Positions 10,336-18,175 are shown, counted from the stretch's first letter. The stretch: DNA of 32,000 nt from Candidatus Saccharimonas aalborgensis (GCF_000392435.1 NC_021219.1:270001-302000); one strand, 5' to 3'. Translations and numbers: made by a program. The notes: generated from the sequence alone by a model not told the origin.

Positions 10336-11568
10336 TCAGGCGTCTAGCAGTGCTTCAACCCCTGGCAGTTTTTCTCCCGCCATCAATTCAAGACTGGCCC
10401 CTCCACCAGTTGATACATGCGAGAAACTTTCTCCATGATGCGGGTCCCAGTGAATCACAAAATCCGCCGTATCCCCACCCCCAACAATAGAGGTAATGTC
10501 GGGGTGCCCGGCTAACAGTTGCGCCAAGCGGGTAGAGGCTTGAGCAAATGTAGGCAATTCATCCATGCCGAGAGGACCATTCCAGATAACAGTCCGCGCC
10601 TTCGCAATGATTGACTCCATACGAGCGATTGAATCTGGCCCGATATCAAGTGCATAACTGCCTGCAGGAATTGCTTTTACCGATACATCTAGGCGCGTTG
10701 CCGTCAGCTCCAGCGACGTACCGACACCTACGTCGGTAGGCAAAACAATATAGTTATCGGCATTCTGTCGGCCGACCTTTTGAGCCGCCGCCTCATAGAT
10801 TGCATCGATTGTCTCTGCTTGATCGGGCTCGATATGACTGCTCCCCATGAAGTTACCTCGGCGTGCCAGAAAAGTGTTTGCCATTGCACCGCCAACGATA
10901 ATGGTATCTGCGGCATGTTCAAGTGCTTTGATGATAGGGATTTTGTCACTTACTTTTGCACCACCAAGTACCGCGACGAGTGGTTTCTCTGGATGCTTCA
11001 TCGCCTTTGTGATAACAGAGTACTCCCGCTCCAGGAGCAGACCCGCTACACTAGGCAAAAACTGTGTAATCGCACTGGTACTCGCATGTGCTCGATGTAC
11101 CACCCCAAACCCGTCCTGAACAAAGTAGTCTGCGTGTGTTTGCTTTGCGAGTTGCTGCGCAAAAGCTGAATCATTTGCCTCTTCTCCAGGGTAGAAGCGT
11201 AGGTTTTCGAGCAACGTCACGCTCCCTTTTGGTGCCTTTTTGGTTGCCATAAACACCTTATGTCCAATACAATCGTCAATAAATCTCACCTCTCGCCCGA
11301 GAAGCTCCGAGAGTCGCTTAGCAACGGGCTGCAGCGTATACTGCAGGTCTTTCTTGCCATCCGGGCGTCCCAAATGGCTTATAATCGTCACCGTGCACCC
11401 ATCAGTGAGGAGTGCTTGTACAGTCGCGAGACTCGAACGAATGCGGAAATCATCGGCTATCTGACCATCATCGGTCAGCGGAACATTATAATCCGCGCGC
11501 AAGAGAATGTTTTTGTTTGTGAGCGGTACGTCCGCCATCGTTTTTTTGAAGAAATGTCCACCAGTCAT
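10336..11568 (-). CDS. pgk: Phosphoglycerate kinase
   Basis: 410 aa; LLRADYNVPL, ISHLGRPDG, LLENLRFYPGE, AVLGGAKVSDKI, VGGGDTADF; start may be MTGGHFF or the downstream MADVPLTNKN. Confidence 0.95.
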   Translation of the reverse strand: MTGGHFFKKTMADVPLTNKNILLRADYNVPLTDDGQIADDFRIRSSLATVQALLTDGCTVTIISHLGRPDGKKDLQYTLQPVAKRLSELLGREVRFIDDCIGHKVFMATKKAPKGSVTLLENLRFYPGEEANDSAFAQQLAKQTHADYFVQDGFGVVHRAHASTSAITQFLPSVAGLLLEREYSVITKAMKHPEKPLVAVLGGAKVSDKIPIIKALEHAADTIIVGGAMANTFLARRGNFMGSSHIEPDQAETIDAIYEAAAQKVGRQNADNYIVLPTDVGVGTSLELTATRLDVSVKAIPAGSYALDIGPDSIARMESIIAKARTVIWNGPLGMDELPTFAQASTRLAQLLAGHPDITSIVGGGDTADFVIHWDPHHGESFSHVSTGGGASLELMAGEKLPGVEALLDA

Positions 11569-11602
11569 ACCACTTATGGTATCACGAGTTGGGGGACCGA
11601 GA

Positions 11603-13027
11603 CTACTCGATCGTACGAACTTTTATGGTATCTGTTCCCCCGACCTTACCGGGTTGAAGACCGCTCACGATAACGACATTAAATGGTTTGTCCAGTTCAA
11701 AGAAATTGCGTTCCGCCAACTCTTTTGCTAGCTCGTAGCCTACCTCGGTGTTATCGGGACGAATAAAGCTGCGGTTCGCAAAACTGAGAGCAAGCTGTTG
11801 AGCCGAGCGTGGCTCACTTGTGACGCTGATAATGGGCAGGTTGGGACGCCACGCCCCAATATTTGCCGCCGTTGCGCCCGATTTCGTCTCGGCAATGATA
11901 GCAACAGCGTTGATCTCACTAGCAAGGCTAACTGCCGCATGCGAGATAGCATGACGAATCGGCATTTTTTTATCGACAAACAGCGCGTCGTCTAGGCGCG
12001 CTACCCCTGTATTCTCTTGGGTATAGAGAATCGTTTTGCGCATTGCGTCAATCGTCTCGATTGGATACATACCGTTTGCCGTCTCGTCAGACAACATGAC
12101 CGCATCGGCACCCTGAATGACGGCCGTGGCTACATCACTCACCTCAGCACGGGTTGGCTCAGGATTGTCGACCATACTACTCATCATCTGGGTAGCAATG
12201 ATGCTCAATTTACCATGCTTGCGGCAGAGCGCAACAATTTTTTGCTGGATAACTGGCACCATTTCGAGTCCCACCTCTGGAGCAAGATCGCCACGAGCCA
12301 CCATCACGCCATCGCTTACCTTGACGACTTCCTCAAGCACACCGTCCTGAATAGCCGCGCGTGTCTCAATCTTTGCAATCACATGTGCTGCACTGCCGTT
12401 ACTCACCAAGAGCTGACGCAGATTCTGAATATCCTCGGCTGACTGAATAAAACTAAGTGCCACATAGTCTATATCTTTTGTGGCGCCATACTCGATGTCC
12501 TTGATGTCTTTTGGGGTGATAATGTCGCCGCCAAAATCGGTATCAGGTAGGTTGACGCCCTTTTTGCTCATCAAAAACCCGTCGTTTTCAACTTCAACGT
12601 TAACTGCTGTCGCAGAAACAATTTCGGTCACGTGAGTACGAATCTTGCCGTCAAAGAGATAGATGCGTTCACTAACCTTCACCTTTTCGGCAAGATTGTA
12701 TTGCATCGGCAGGGTCAACCCATTGTGTTCTGCTGCGCTGTCGAGAGTCAGAATATCGCCTTTTTTGACCTCTTGATGATTGTCGTTGAGCACACCCAGA
12801 CGCACCTTTGGACCCTGGAGGTCTTCAACAATCGCCACTGGGCGACCTTTTCGCTTGCTTACCTCACGAATCCACTCGATTTGCCGATCTCGCTCCTCGT
12901 AGGTACCGTGAGAAAAGTTCATTCGATAGCCGTTGACACCGGCATCAAACATTTGCTCAATTTTTTCATGTGAGTTGGTAGCTGGACCAACACCGGCAAG
13001 GATTTTGGTTCGTTTTAGTATGTGCAT
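11603..13027 (-). CDS. pyk: Pyruvate kinase
   Basis: Starts MHILKRTKILAGVGPATNS; MNFSHG; VMVARGDLAPEVG; SDETANGMYPIE. Confidence 0.95.
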   Translation of the reverse strand: MHILKRTKILAGVGPATNSHEKIEQMFDAGVNGYRMNFSHGTYEERDRQIEWIREVSKRKGRPVAIVEDLQGPKVRLGVLNDNHQEVKKGDILTLDSAAEHNGLTLPMQYNLAEKVKVSERIYLFDGKIRTHVTEIVSATAVNVEVENDGFLMSKKGVNLPDTDFGGDIITPKDIKDIEYGATKDIDYVALSFIQSAEDIQNLRQLLVSNGSAAHVIAKIETRAAIQDGVLEEVVKVSDGVMVARGDLAPEVGLEMVPVIQQKIVALCRKHGKLSIIATQMMSSMVDNPEPTRAEVSDVATAVIQGADAVMLSDETANGMYPIETIDAMRKTILYTQENTGVARLDDALFVDKKMPIRHAISHAAVSLASEINAVAIIAETKSGATAANIGAWRPNLPIISVTSEPRSAQQLALSFANRSFIRPDNTEVGYELAKELAERNFFELDKPFNVVIVSGLQPGKVGGTDTIKVRTIE

Positions 13028-13061
13028 AGGGTCTCCACTATAGCAACTCTCCGCAATTTGA

Positions 13062-14066
13062 TCAAGACTTCCTAAGGGGTAAGTGGCCGTCTTCAACCAT
13101 TGACCTGAAATGCCAGACTCCTCGCTCCTGGGTCTTGTAACTCCAATAAAACCATGCATCTGCCCGCTCATAGACCTTGAGCTGACGTGCAATATGCTCA
13201 GCCACTATGGCTGCATGCTCGCTCTCGGGGTACTTTCTCAGTAGCTCGCCGCTCAGTACCCCACTCCACTCGCCCACAATTACTCCCTGCCAGCGTTTCA
13301 GGCGGATAAGCAACCGCCGGTGAGTAGGTAGTACAAGCCGATAATACCAAGCAGGAGACACCCAGCGGTGAAGGGGAAAAAATCCATGATACCAATGAAT
13401 ATCCATCACGACTGGCTGATGCTTGCTATTCCAAATGGCTCCAGACAACATACGGGGACTAAATGCATCGTGAAATACAATGTTTACGTGAGGTGGTAGT
13501 ATGTCCGCTAATACCCTATAGGCGTGGTTATAAAACCGCCTCAGTTTCCACTGTATAATTCCCACTCGAGGCTCGTTGAGAAGCTCTAGTCCCCAGAGTG
13601 CGGCCTTGTTACCATATCGATCAGCCAAACGACATAAGATATCGATTGTCTGCTGCCGATAGACGGCAGAGCGATACCAATTCGCCTTTCCCACCTTACC
13701 GCTGTGATCTTGACCGTTTTGACTCCCAGGCGCACCGTGCAGGCAGAGCAAAATACCGATCTGGTATTTTGCAGCCATACGAAACGCCCAATCCAACCGC
13801 TTAATCGCCGAGATATAGGGCCCATCACCGTCAAGTATCCAATAACCAACTGGTATGCGAACCAGTTTGATACCATGACTACTCATCCACTGCCAATCTT
13901 CTTCACCGATAAACGTATTGTGATGCTTGCGCAACCTTGCGCGAGCACCAGGGTACTGCAAAAAAGTATATTCATCTACTGCATCAGTATCGGCAAACAG
14001 GTCCGGCGTCATCCACTTTTCTAAGACGAGCCAGCCACCAAGATTGACACCCTGCAAGGCCATCAC
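13062..14066 (-). CDS. Glycoside hydrolase family 5-like protein (exo-beta-1,3-glucanase / cellulase type)
   Basis: 334 aa; GVNLGGWLVLEKWM, HGIKLVRIPVGYW, CLHGAPGSQNGQDHSG, LELLNEPRVG (acid/base Glu), GEWSGVL (nucleophile Glu). Confidence 0.87.
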   Translation of the reverse strand: MMALQGVNLGGWLVLEKWMTPDLFADTDAVDEYTFLQYPGARARLRKHHNTFIGEEDWQWMSSHGIKLVRIPVGYWILDGDGPYISAIKRLDWAFRMAAKYQIGILLCLHGAPGSQNGQDHSGKVGKANWYRSAVYRQQTIDILCRLADRYGNKAALWGLELLNEPRVGIIQWKLRRFYNHAYRVLADILPPHVNIVFHDAFSPRMLSGAIWNSKHQPVVMDIHWYHGFFPLHRWVSPAWYYRLVLPTHRRLLIRLKRWQGVIVGEWSGVLSGELLRKYPESEHAAIVAEHIARQLKVYERADAWFYWSYKTQERGVWHFRSMVEDGHLPLRKS

Positions 14067-14073
14067 TCAATAC

Positions 14074-14793
14074 CTATCCCGCCTGAGTTCCAAACAACGT
14101 ACCGATACCATAAGTGATAAGCATCGCCAGTAGTCCCCCCACCACGACGCGCATAATCGCCCTTAGCTTTGACGCATTGCCAGCAACTGCAGAGATATAT
14201 CCCACCCCAATAAGGCACAGCAATACCGCCACAATCGTCGCCAGTACCCGCATATGCACCGGAAATAGTACGATCGTCAAAAATGGTACAAGCCCACCCG
14301 CCGTAAAGGCGAGGAGTGAGGCAATGGCCGCATGCATCGGACTATTGATATCTTCAGGATCAAGATTGAAATGCACGTGCAGATGAGCCTTCAGCGCATT
14401 TTTCTCAGTCAGTTCTGCAGCGACTCTGTGTGAGGTCTGCTTTGAGAGACCGAGTTTTTGATATTCCCGCGCCAGCTCGTCGAGCTCGTCTTCGGGGTTG
14501 TCTTTCAGATCAGCCTTTTCCAGCTCGATATAGGCTTTCTCGGCGTCACTCTGACTGCTGACGCTCACATACTCGCCTACCGCCATACTGAGAGCACCTG
14601 CGATCAGTGCCGCCAGGCCGGCAATCAATATCGATCGGCTATCGCTTGTCGCTCCGGCTACACCCATGACGAGGCTTGAGATGCTGACGATACCGTCGTT
14701 TGCCCCAAGCACTGCCGCTCGCAATTTGTTCAGTTTACCGTTATTCGCCATATCAGAGGGCAAATCATATTTTGTGTTGTCGTATTCGGCCAT
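14074..14793 (-). CDS. VIT1/CCC1-family iron/manganese transporter-like membrane protein
   Basis: Starts MAEYDNTKYD; LRAAVLGANDGIVSISSLVMGVAGA and AGALSMAVGEYVSVSSQSD motifs; C-terminal TM helices. Confidence 0.9.
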   Translation of the reverse strand: MAEYDNTKYDLPSDMANNGKLNKLRAAVLGANDGIVSISSLVMGVAGATSDSRSILIAGLAALIAGALSMAVGEYVSVSSQSDAEKAYIELEKADLKDNPEDELDELAREYQKLGLSKQTSHRVAAELTEKNALKAHLHVHFNLDPEDINSPMHAAIASLLAFTAGGLVPFLTIVLFPVHMRVLATIVAVLLCLIGVGYISAVAGNASKLRAIMRVVVGGLLAMLITYGIGTLFGTQAG

Positions 14794-14980
14794 GGATTCT
14801 CCTTGTATCTCCCTAAGAGTATACCTTGTTTTCGCCGTATCATAAAACAGTTCTCTACATGATAAATACAATTATTACTCATTGTTGTCAAGTCAACATC
14901 GCCCCTCTCTATTTTTGGTGAACGATGCTATTTAAAGATACGAATGCTATGTGTTGTGGGGTTGACATCGGGGGGGTTCG

Positions 14981-14999
14981 TGGTAATCCCACCGGGAAT
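14981..14999 (-). other. tRNA-Glu 3'-end fragment (acceptor/T-stem 3' strand plus ACCA)
   Basis: tggtaatcccaccgggaat matches the intact tRNA-Glu 3' end (15145-15163 tggtgatcccaccgggaat) at 18 of 19 positions. Confidence 0.7.
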
Positions 15000-15106
15000 A
15001 TCTAAAGATGTAAACCATCCTCACTCGGAAAAATAAGCAAGCTGATTTTTCTCTCATTTCGTCGGTTTATCGAACCCTCCAGGTTCGGTTTCATGACTGA
15101 AACCAA

Positions 15107-15147
15107 CCAGAGAAAAAACACCACGCAAGGTGATGTTTTTTCTCTGG
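15107..15147 (-). terminator. Rho-independent terminator downstream of tRNA-Glu, probably bidirectional
   Basis: Arms ccagagaaaaaacaccac (15107-15124) and gtgatgttttttctctgg (15130-15147) with T/A tracts. Confidence 0.75.
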
Positions 15148-15219
15148 TGATCCCACCGGGAATCGAACCCGGATTGCCAGGATGAAAACCTGGTGTCCTA
15201 ACCGTTAGACGATGGGACC
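15145..15219 (-). tRNA. tRNA-Glu (anticodon UUC), CCA encoded
   Basis: Minus strand GGTCCCATCGTCTAACGGTTAGGACACCAGGTTTTCATCCTGGCAATCCGGGTTCGATTCCCGGTGGGATCACCA folds to a full cloverleaf. Confidence 0.96.
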
Positions 15220-15264
15220 GTAATTATATTGTAAGATACTTTAGTTCGATTCCGCGCGGGAATC

Positions 15265-15355
15265 GGCCACCTTGCCGGCGGCCCCGCCTCGACCCACTTG
15301 AAGCATAGCTTCAAATCGGTCTCCGGCCTTGCGAAGTGCCACTGGCACTTCTCAC
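15265..15355 (-). repeat. Copy A of the tRNA-embedded three-hairpin element
   Basis: Minus-strand hairpins GAAGTGCC-AGT-GGCACTTC, TTGAAGC-TAT-GCTTCAA and GGCCGCC-GGCAA-GGTGGCC; homologous in order and spacing to copies B and C. Confidence 0.85.
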
Positions 15356-15406
15356 CCGGATTGCCAGGATGAAAACCTGGTGTCCTAACCGTTAGACGAT
15401 GGGACC
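15355..15406 (-). other. Truncated 5' copy of tRNA-Glu (positions 1 to about 53)
   Basis: 52 nt identical to 15168-15219 of the intact gene, then abruptly replaced by copy A. Confidence 0.93.
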
Positions 15407-15432
15407 ATCGTGCCGCGAAATTGGCTCCCGTT

Positions 15433-15461
15433 ATTCTATCAAATCTATAAAGACATATCAA
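15433..15461 (-). promoter_or_regulatory. Sigma70-like promoter upstream of the truncated tRNA-Glu/element A unit
   Basis: Minus strand TTGATA (15456-15461), 17-bp spacer, TAGAAT (15433-15438). Confidence 0.7.
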
Positions 15462-15565
15462 GAAAAATATATTCGAAATAACATTTTTAGTTATTTTGCA
15501 ACATATTTTGCCCATCACCCCTGTTATACACTATAGCCATAAGCGTTAAAACATGGCAAAATATA

Positions 15566-15594
15566 TTGACATATAAGCATATTTGTGATAGAAT
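15566..15594 (+). promoter_or_regulatory. Strong sigma70-like promoter driving the structured leader
   Basis: TTGACA (15566-15571), 17-bp spacer, TAGAAT (15589-15594). Confidence 0.8.
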
Positions 15595-15600
15595 GTAATG

Positions 15601-15868
15601 GTCACTGGGCGTGAGGTGGAAGCCACGACCTAGCGGAGGATCGTTGACAATCAGGCTATACCTTATAGGTACGAATTGCCTGTGTATGCGGCCACGAGAA
15701 TAGGACGTCACCAAGCCATCATTCTTTTCCTATTTTTGTGGCTGCATATGCAGCATGAAGTACACTTGAGAATACAATCAAATCTGGTTGTTCTCCTTTA
15801 GCGCCATTGCTCATCAGCAAGGGGTACGCACGTCATACGTGTGTGTCACCGGCCGATGAGCAATGCGC
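15601..15868 (+). ncRNA. Candidate structured RNA or long structured 5' leader
   Basis: 25-bp helix 15680-15704/15729-15753 (five G-U pairs, no mismatch), hairpin around 15615-15630, 14-bp helix 15801-15815/15855-15868 with one bulge enclosing stem 15823-15832/15838-15847; preceded by a strong promoter. 3' boundary uncertain. Confidence 0.6.
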
Positions 15869-15944
15869 AAGCTCGTCGACCGGCATCTCTGCCCCATCAT
15901 ACAAGTTGGGGCACCCGCCCCTCGACCAGTCCAGGAGGACAATC

Positions 15945-16373
15945 ATGAACAACGCAACCCGTCAGCACTACTTCCGTGCCCTCCTCGCCGCGCTCAACGC
16001 CGGCGACGAGCGGTACTGGGCCACGAAGGCCGAAGCCTTCGTAGTGGAGCTCGCAAAGGGCGACAAGGCCCTTGCGGACTTCGTCGCGGCCGTCAAGGCC
16101 GCGACTCCGCCCGGCTCCAACACGTACTTCGCGACGTTCAGCGCCCTCATCCATCAGGTCGCCAACACTGGCGACCTCGGGCGTGGCATCGCCCTCGGCC
16201 GCCAGATCGCCGGTATCAGCGCGTCCACGAACCCCTACGACCCGCAGCCCAAGGGCCCCGGCGTCGTCGGGGCGTTCAAGGACAGCTACCACAAGGGCCG
16301 CGACAAGGCGCGCTCGCGCGCCGTCCGTCCCACGGCTCCCGCTGCCGGCACCCGCCGGCGAGTCGGTCTCTGA
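15945..16373 (+). CDS. Uncharacterised 142-aa protein, GC-rich island gene 1
   Basis: AGGAGG Shine-Dalgarno at 15933-15938 and ATG at 15945 (MNNATRQHYFRALLAALNAGDERYW...); shorter than the ORF-track call from TTG 15807. Confidence 0.72.
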   Translation: MNNATRQHYFRALLAALNAGDERYWATKAEAFVVELAKGDKALADFVAAVKAATPPGSNTYFATFSALIHQVANTGDLGRGIALGRQIAGISASTNPYDPQPKGPGVVGAFKDSYHKGRDKARSRAVRPTAPAAGTRRRVGL

Positions 16374-16399
16374 ACACCCACTAGAAGAAGGGAGAAGGC

Positions 16400-17821
16400 A
16401 TGGACTTCATGCCGCAGTGGCCCACCTGGATCGTCTCCGGTGGGTGGCTCATCGTCCTCGCGATGGTGGCGTGTGCCATCATCGCGACCCGCATCAACCG
16501 AACGGCGGGCATCCTGCTCGGCGCCCTGGTGTTTTTCGCCGGGTTCGCCTGGGTCGCCCCCGTCTGGCTGACCTTCCTGTTCGTCATCTTGGCCGTGATC
16601 GGGCTCATCACCTGGCTCACGCAGGGCGGCGACAAGAACTACCTCAGTCTCGGTGCAATCGGAGCGCTGATCATCAGCGCGCTCCTGGCCTCGAACCTCG
16701 CCGCGGGATGGCCCCAATGGTCCAACCCGCTCGGCTGGTTCAACCGGGACGAGCCGGTTGTCAACCTGTCCGTCGGTCCCAACAGCCTCATCCCCGACTC
16801 CGCCAAGTGCGAGAGCAAGGTCTACACGGCCAAGTCTCTCGTCAAGGTCGGGCCGTCGGGCCGGCTGTGGGCCGACGGCGTGTCGACGCCGTTCGTCGCC
16901 ACCGACAACGACGGACGCCTCGGTGAGACGCTCGACGAGGTCTGTGGCAACACGACCCTCGGCGATGCCTATGCCCAGGCTCTGGTCGACCCGCACGCCA
17001 CGATCAACGGCGTGCCGATCGTCGACCGCAACCTGTGGCTTCGCGACATGCTCGCGAAGTCCCAGGCCAAGGGCCTGAGGGCGGCGTGGCTCACCTACCG
17101 CTTGGGCGACGACGGCAAAATCATCACGGACGCCAACGGCAAACCGGTCATCTACGTGACCGACGAGTACAGCCACTACGCGTCCATGATCAACACCCTC
17201 CTGCTCGGGCTCGAGAACCAGGGCACCAAGGACGGTACGTCCATCGTGCACTGGCCCCTCATGGCCCTGACGGCCGATGAGCTGCCGCGCGCCAGCGCCG
17301 TCACCGACCCGAAGAAGCAGGATGGGAGGCCGTTCCTCGCCCTGACCTTCACCCAGAAGGACGGCGAGGCCTGCCCCTTCGTCCTGGCCATCAACATCCA
17401 GGACAAGCGGCCGGAGTATGTCGGCTGCGAGAAGGCCAAGGTGATCGCCCCCGCGCGCGTCACCACGGTCTCCAAGCAGGCGAAGGCCAAGACCACGGTG
17501 CGCCGCACTGTGGTGCACACCTGCGCCGAGCGCGGAATGACCGGCACCTACCCGCTCTGCACCGAGCCCAAGAAGCCCGGTCAGGACGGTGGTGCCTCGG
17601 GTGGGAACGCCAACCCCGGCACGGACGAGTCTGTCGCGCCGACGGACGCTGGTCAGCCCCCGGCGGTCTACACACCGCCGGCAGTGCCGGCTCCGCCCGT
17701 CGTGGACACGCCTCCGGCCCCCACGCCGGAGCAGCAGGCCCCCAAGCCGGACAAGCCGGCCACGGGCGTCAGCTGCCCGCCGGGCCTGCATGACAATGGT
17801 CACGGCGTCTGCACGACGTGA
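16400..17821 (+). CDS. Uncharacterised multi-pass membrane protein with extracytoplasmic domain, Pro-rich tail and C-terminal CPPGLHDNGHGVC motif, GC-rich island gene 2
   Basis: 473 aa; several N-terminal hydrophobic helices; purine-rich ribosome-binding region before ATG 16400; followed by a strong hairpin. Confidence 0.8.
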   Translation: MDFMPQWPTWIVSGGWLIVLAMVACAIIATRINRTAGILLGALVFFAGFAWVAPVWLTFLFVILAVIGLITWLTQGGDKNYLSLGAIGALIISALLASNLAAGWPQWSNPLGWFNRDEPVVNLSVGPNSLIPDSAKCESKVYTAKSLVKVGPSGRLWADGVSTPFVATDNDGRLGETLDEVCGNTTLGDAYAQALVDPHATINGVPIVDRNLWLRDMLAKSQAKGLRAAWLTYRLGDDGKIITDANGKPVIYVTDEYSHYASMINTLLLGLENQGTKDGTSIVHWPLMALTADELPRASAVTDPKKQDGRPFLALTFTQKDGEACPFVLAINIQDKRPEYVGCEKAKVIAPARVTTVSKQAKAKTTVRRTVVHTCAERGMTGTYPLCTEPKKPGQDGGASGGNANPGTDESVAPTDAGQPPAVYTPPAVPAPPVVDTPPAPTPEQQAPKPDKPATGVSCPPGLHDNGHGVCTT

Positions 17822-17827
17822 CTATCC

Positions 17828-17865
17828 GGTGCAGGGGAGACGGCTACGCCGCGCTCCCCTGCACC
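17828..17865 (+). terminator. Strong GC-rich hairpin after island gene 2 (terminator-like, no U tract)
   Basis: Perfect 12-bp inverted repeat GGTGCAGGGGAG / CTCCCCTGCACC. Confidence 0.6.
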
Positions 17866-17943
17866 ACCCCAGCGTATTACTCAAGGTACTTCTACGATCC
17901 AGCGGAGCTCATCGCTCGTAGGAGGAACTATGTTCCACCCCCA

Positions 17944-17973
17944 GTGATGACTCCGCTGGTCATCACACTTTTT
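17944..17973 (+). terminator. Rho-independent terminator
   Basis: GTGATGAC (17944-17951) / GTCATCAC (17959-17966) followed by ACTTTTT. Confidence 0.6.
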
Positions 17974-18175
17974 CATTCGTGTCATAAGGTATAGTCTGGT
18001 TGCCCCTACTATCGTCCGGTATATGTGCGTTATTTAACAATACAGATTGCAGCATGTACCGTTTCAATTTTTACTATTCACTCTTGTTTAACTGATAGTT
18101 AATTAAACTAACCCGTAGTTTCAATGTTTCTAGCGAGATACATCGAGACTACACCAATCCATATAAGGAGAATGT

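Noticed and set aside
15265-15355. Interpreting the tRNA-embedded element as a group I or group II intron
   Set aside because: At about 90 nt it is too short for a full intron core, no group I P7 or group II domain V signature was recognised, and tRNA exons are incomplete on one side in each locus.
15601-15868. Structured leader as RNase P RNA, tmRNA or SRP RNA
   Set aside because: The conserved signatures I would expect (RNase P core, tRNA-like tmRNA ends with tag ORF, SRP tetraloop/GGAAG-AGCA core) were not found by eye. A cmscan is still needed.
15863-16926. Additional long plus-strand ORFs (15863-16384, 16072-16926) in the GC-rich island
   Set aside because: Arg/Pro/Ser-rich out-of-frame translations of the same GC-rich DNA; the AGGAGG-ATG at 15933-15947 supports the other frame.
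16286-17803. 505-aa ORF on the minus strand of the GC-rich island
   Set aside because: Shadow ORF opposite the better supported 16400-17821 CDS. Arg/Gly/Asp/Val-rich, low-complexity translation; high GC suppresses stop codons in all frames.
15870-17870. Dismissing the GC-rich island as an assembly chimera
   Set aside because: Cannot be decided from sequence alone, so it is kept as a finding with read-coverage checks recommended. Intact genes and terminators at its edges are compatible with real integration.
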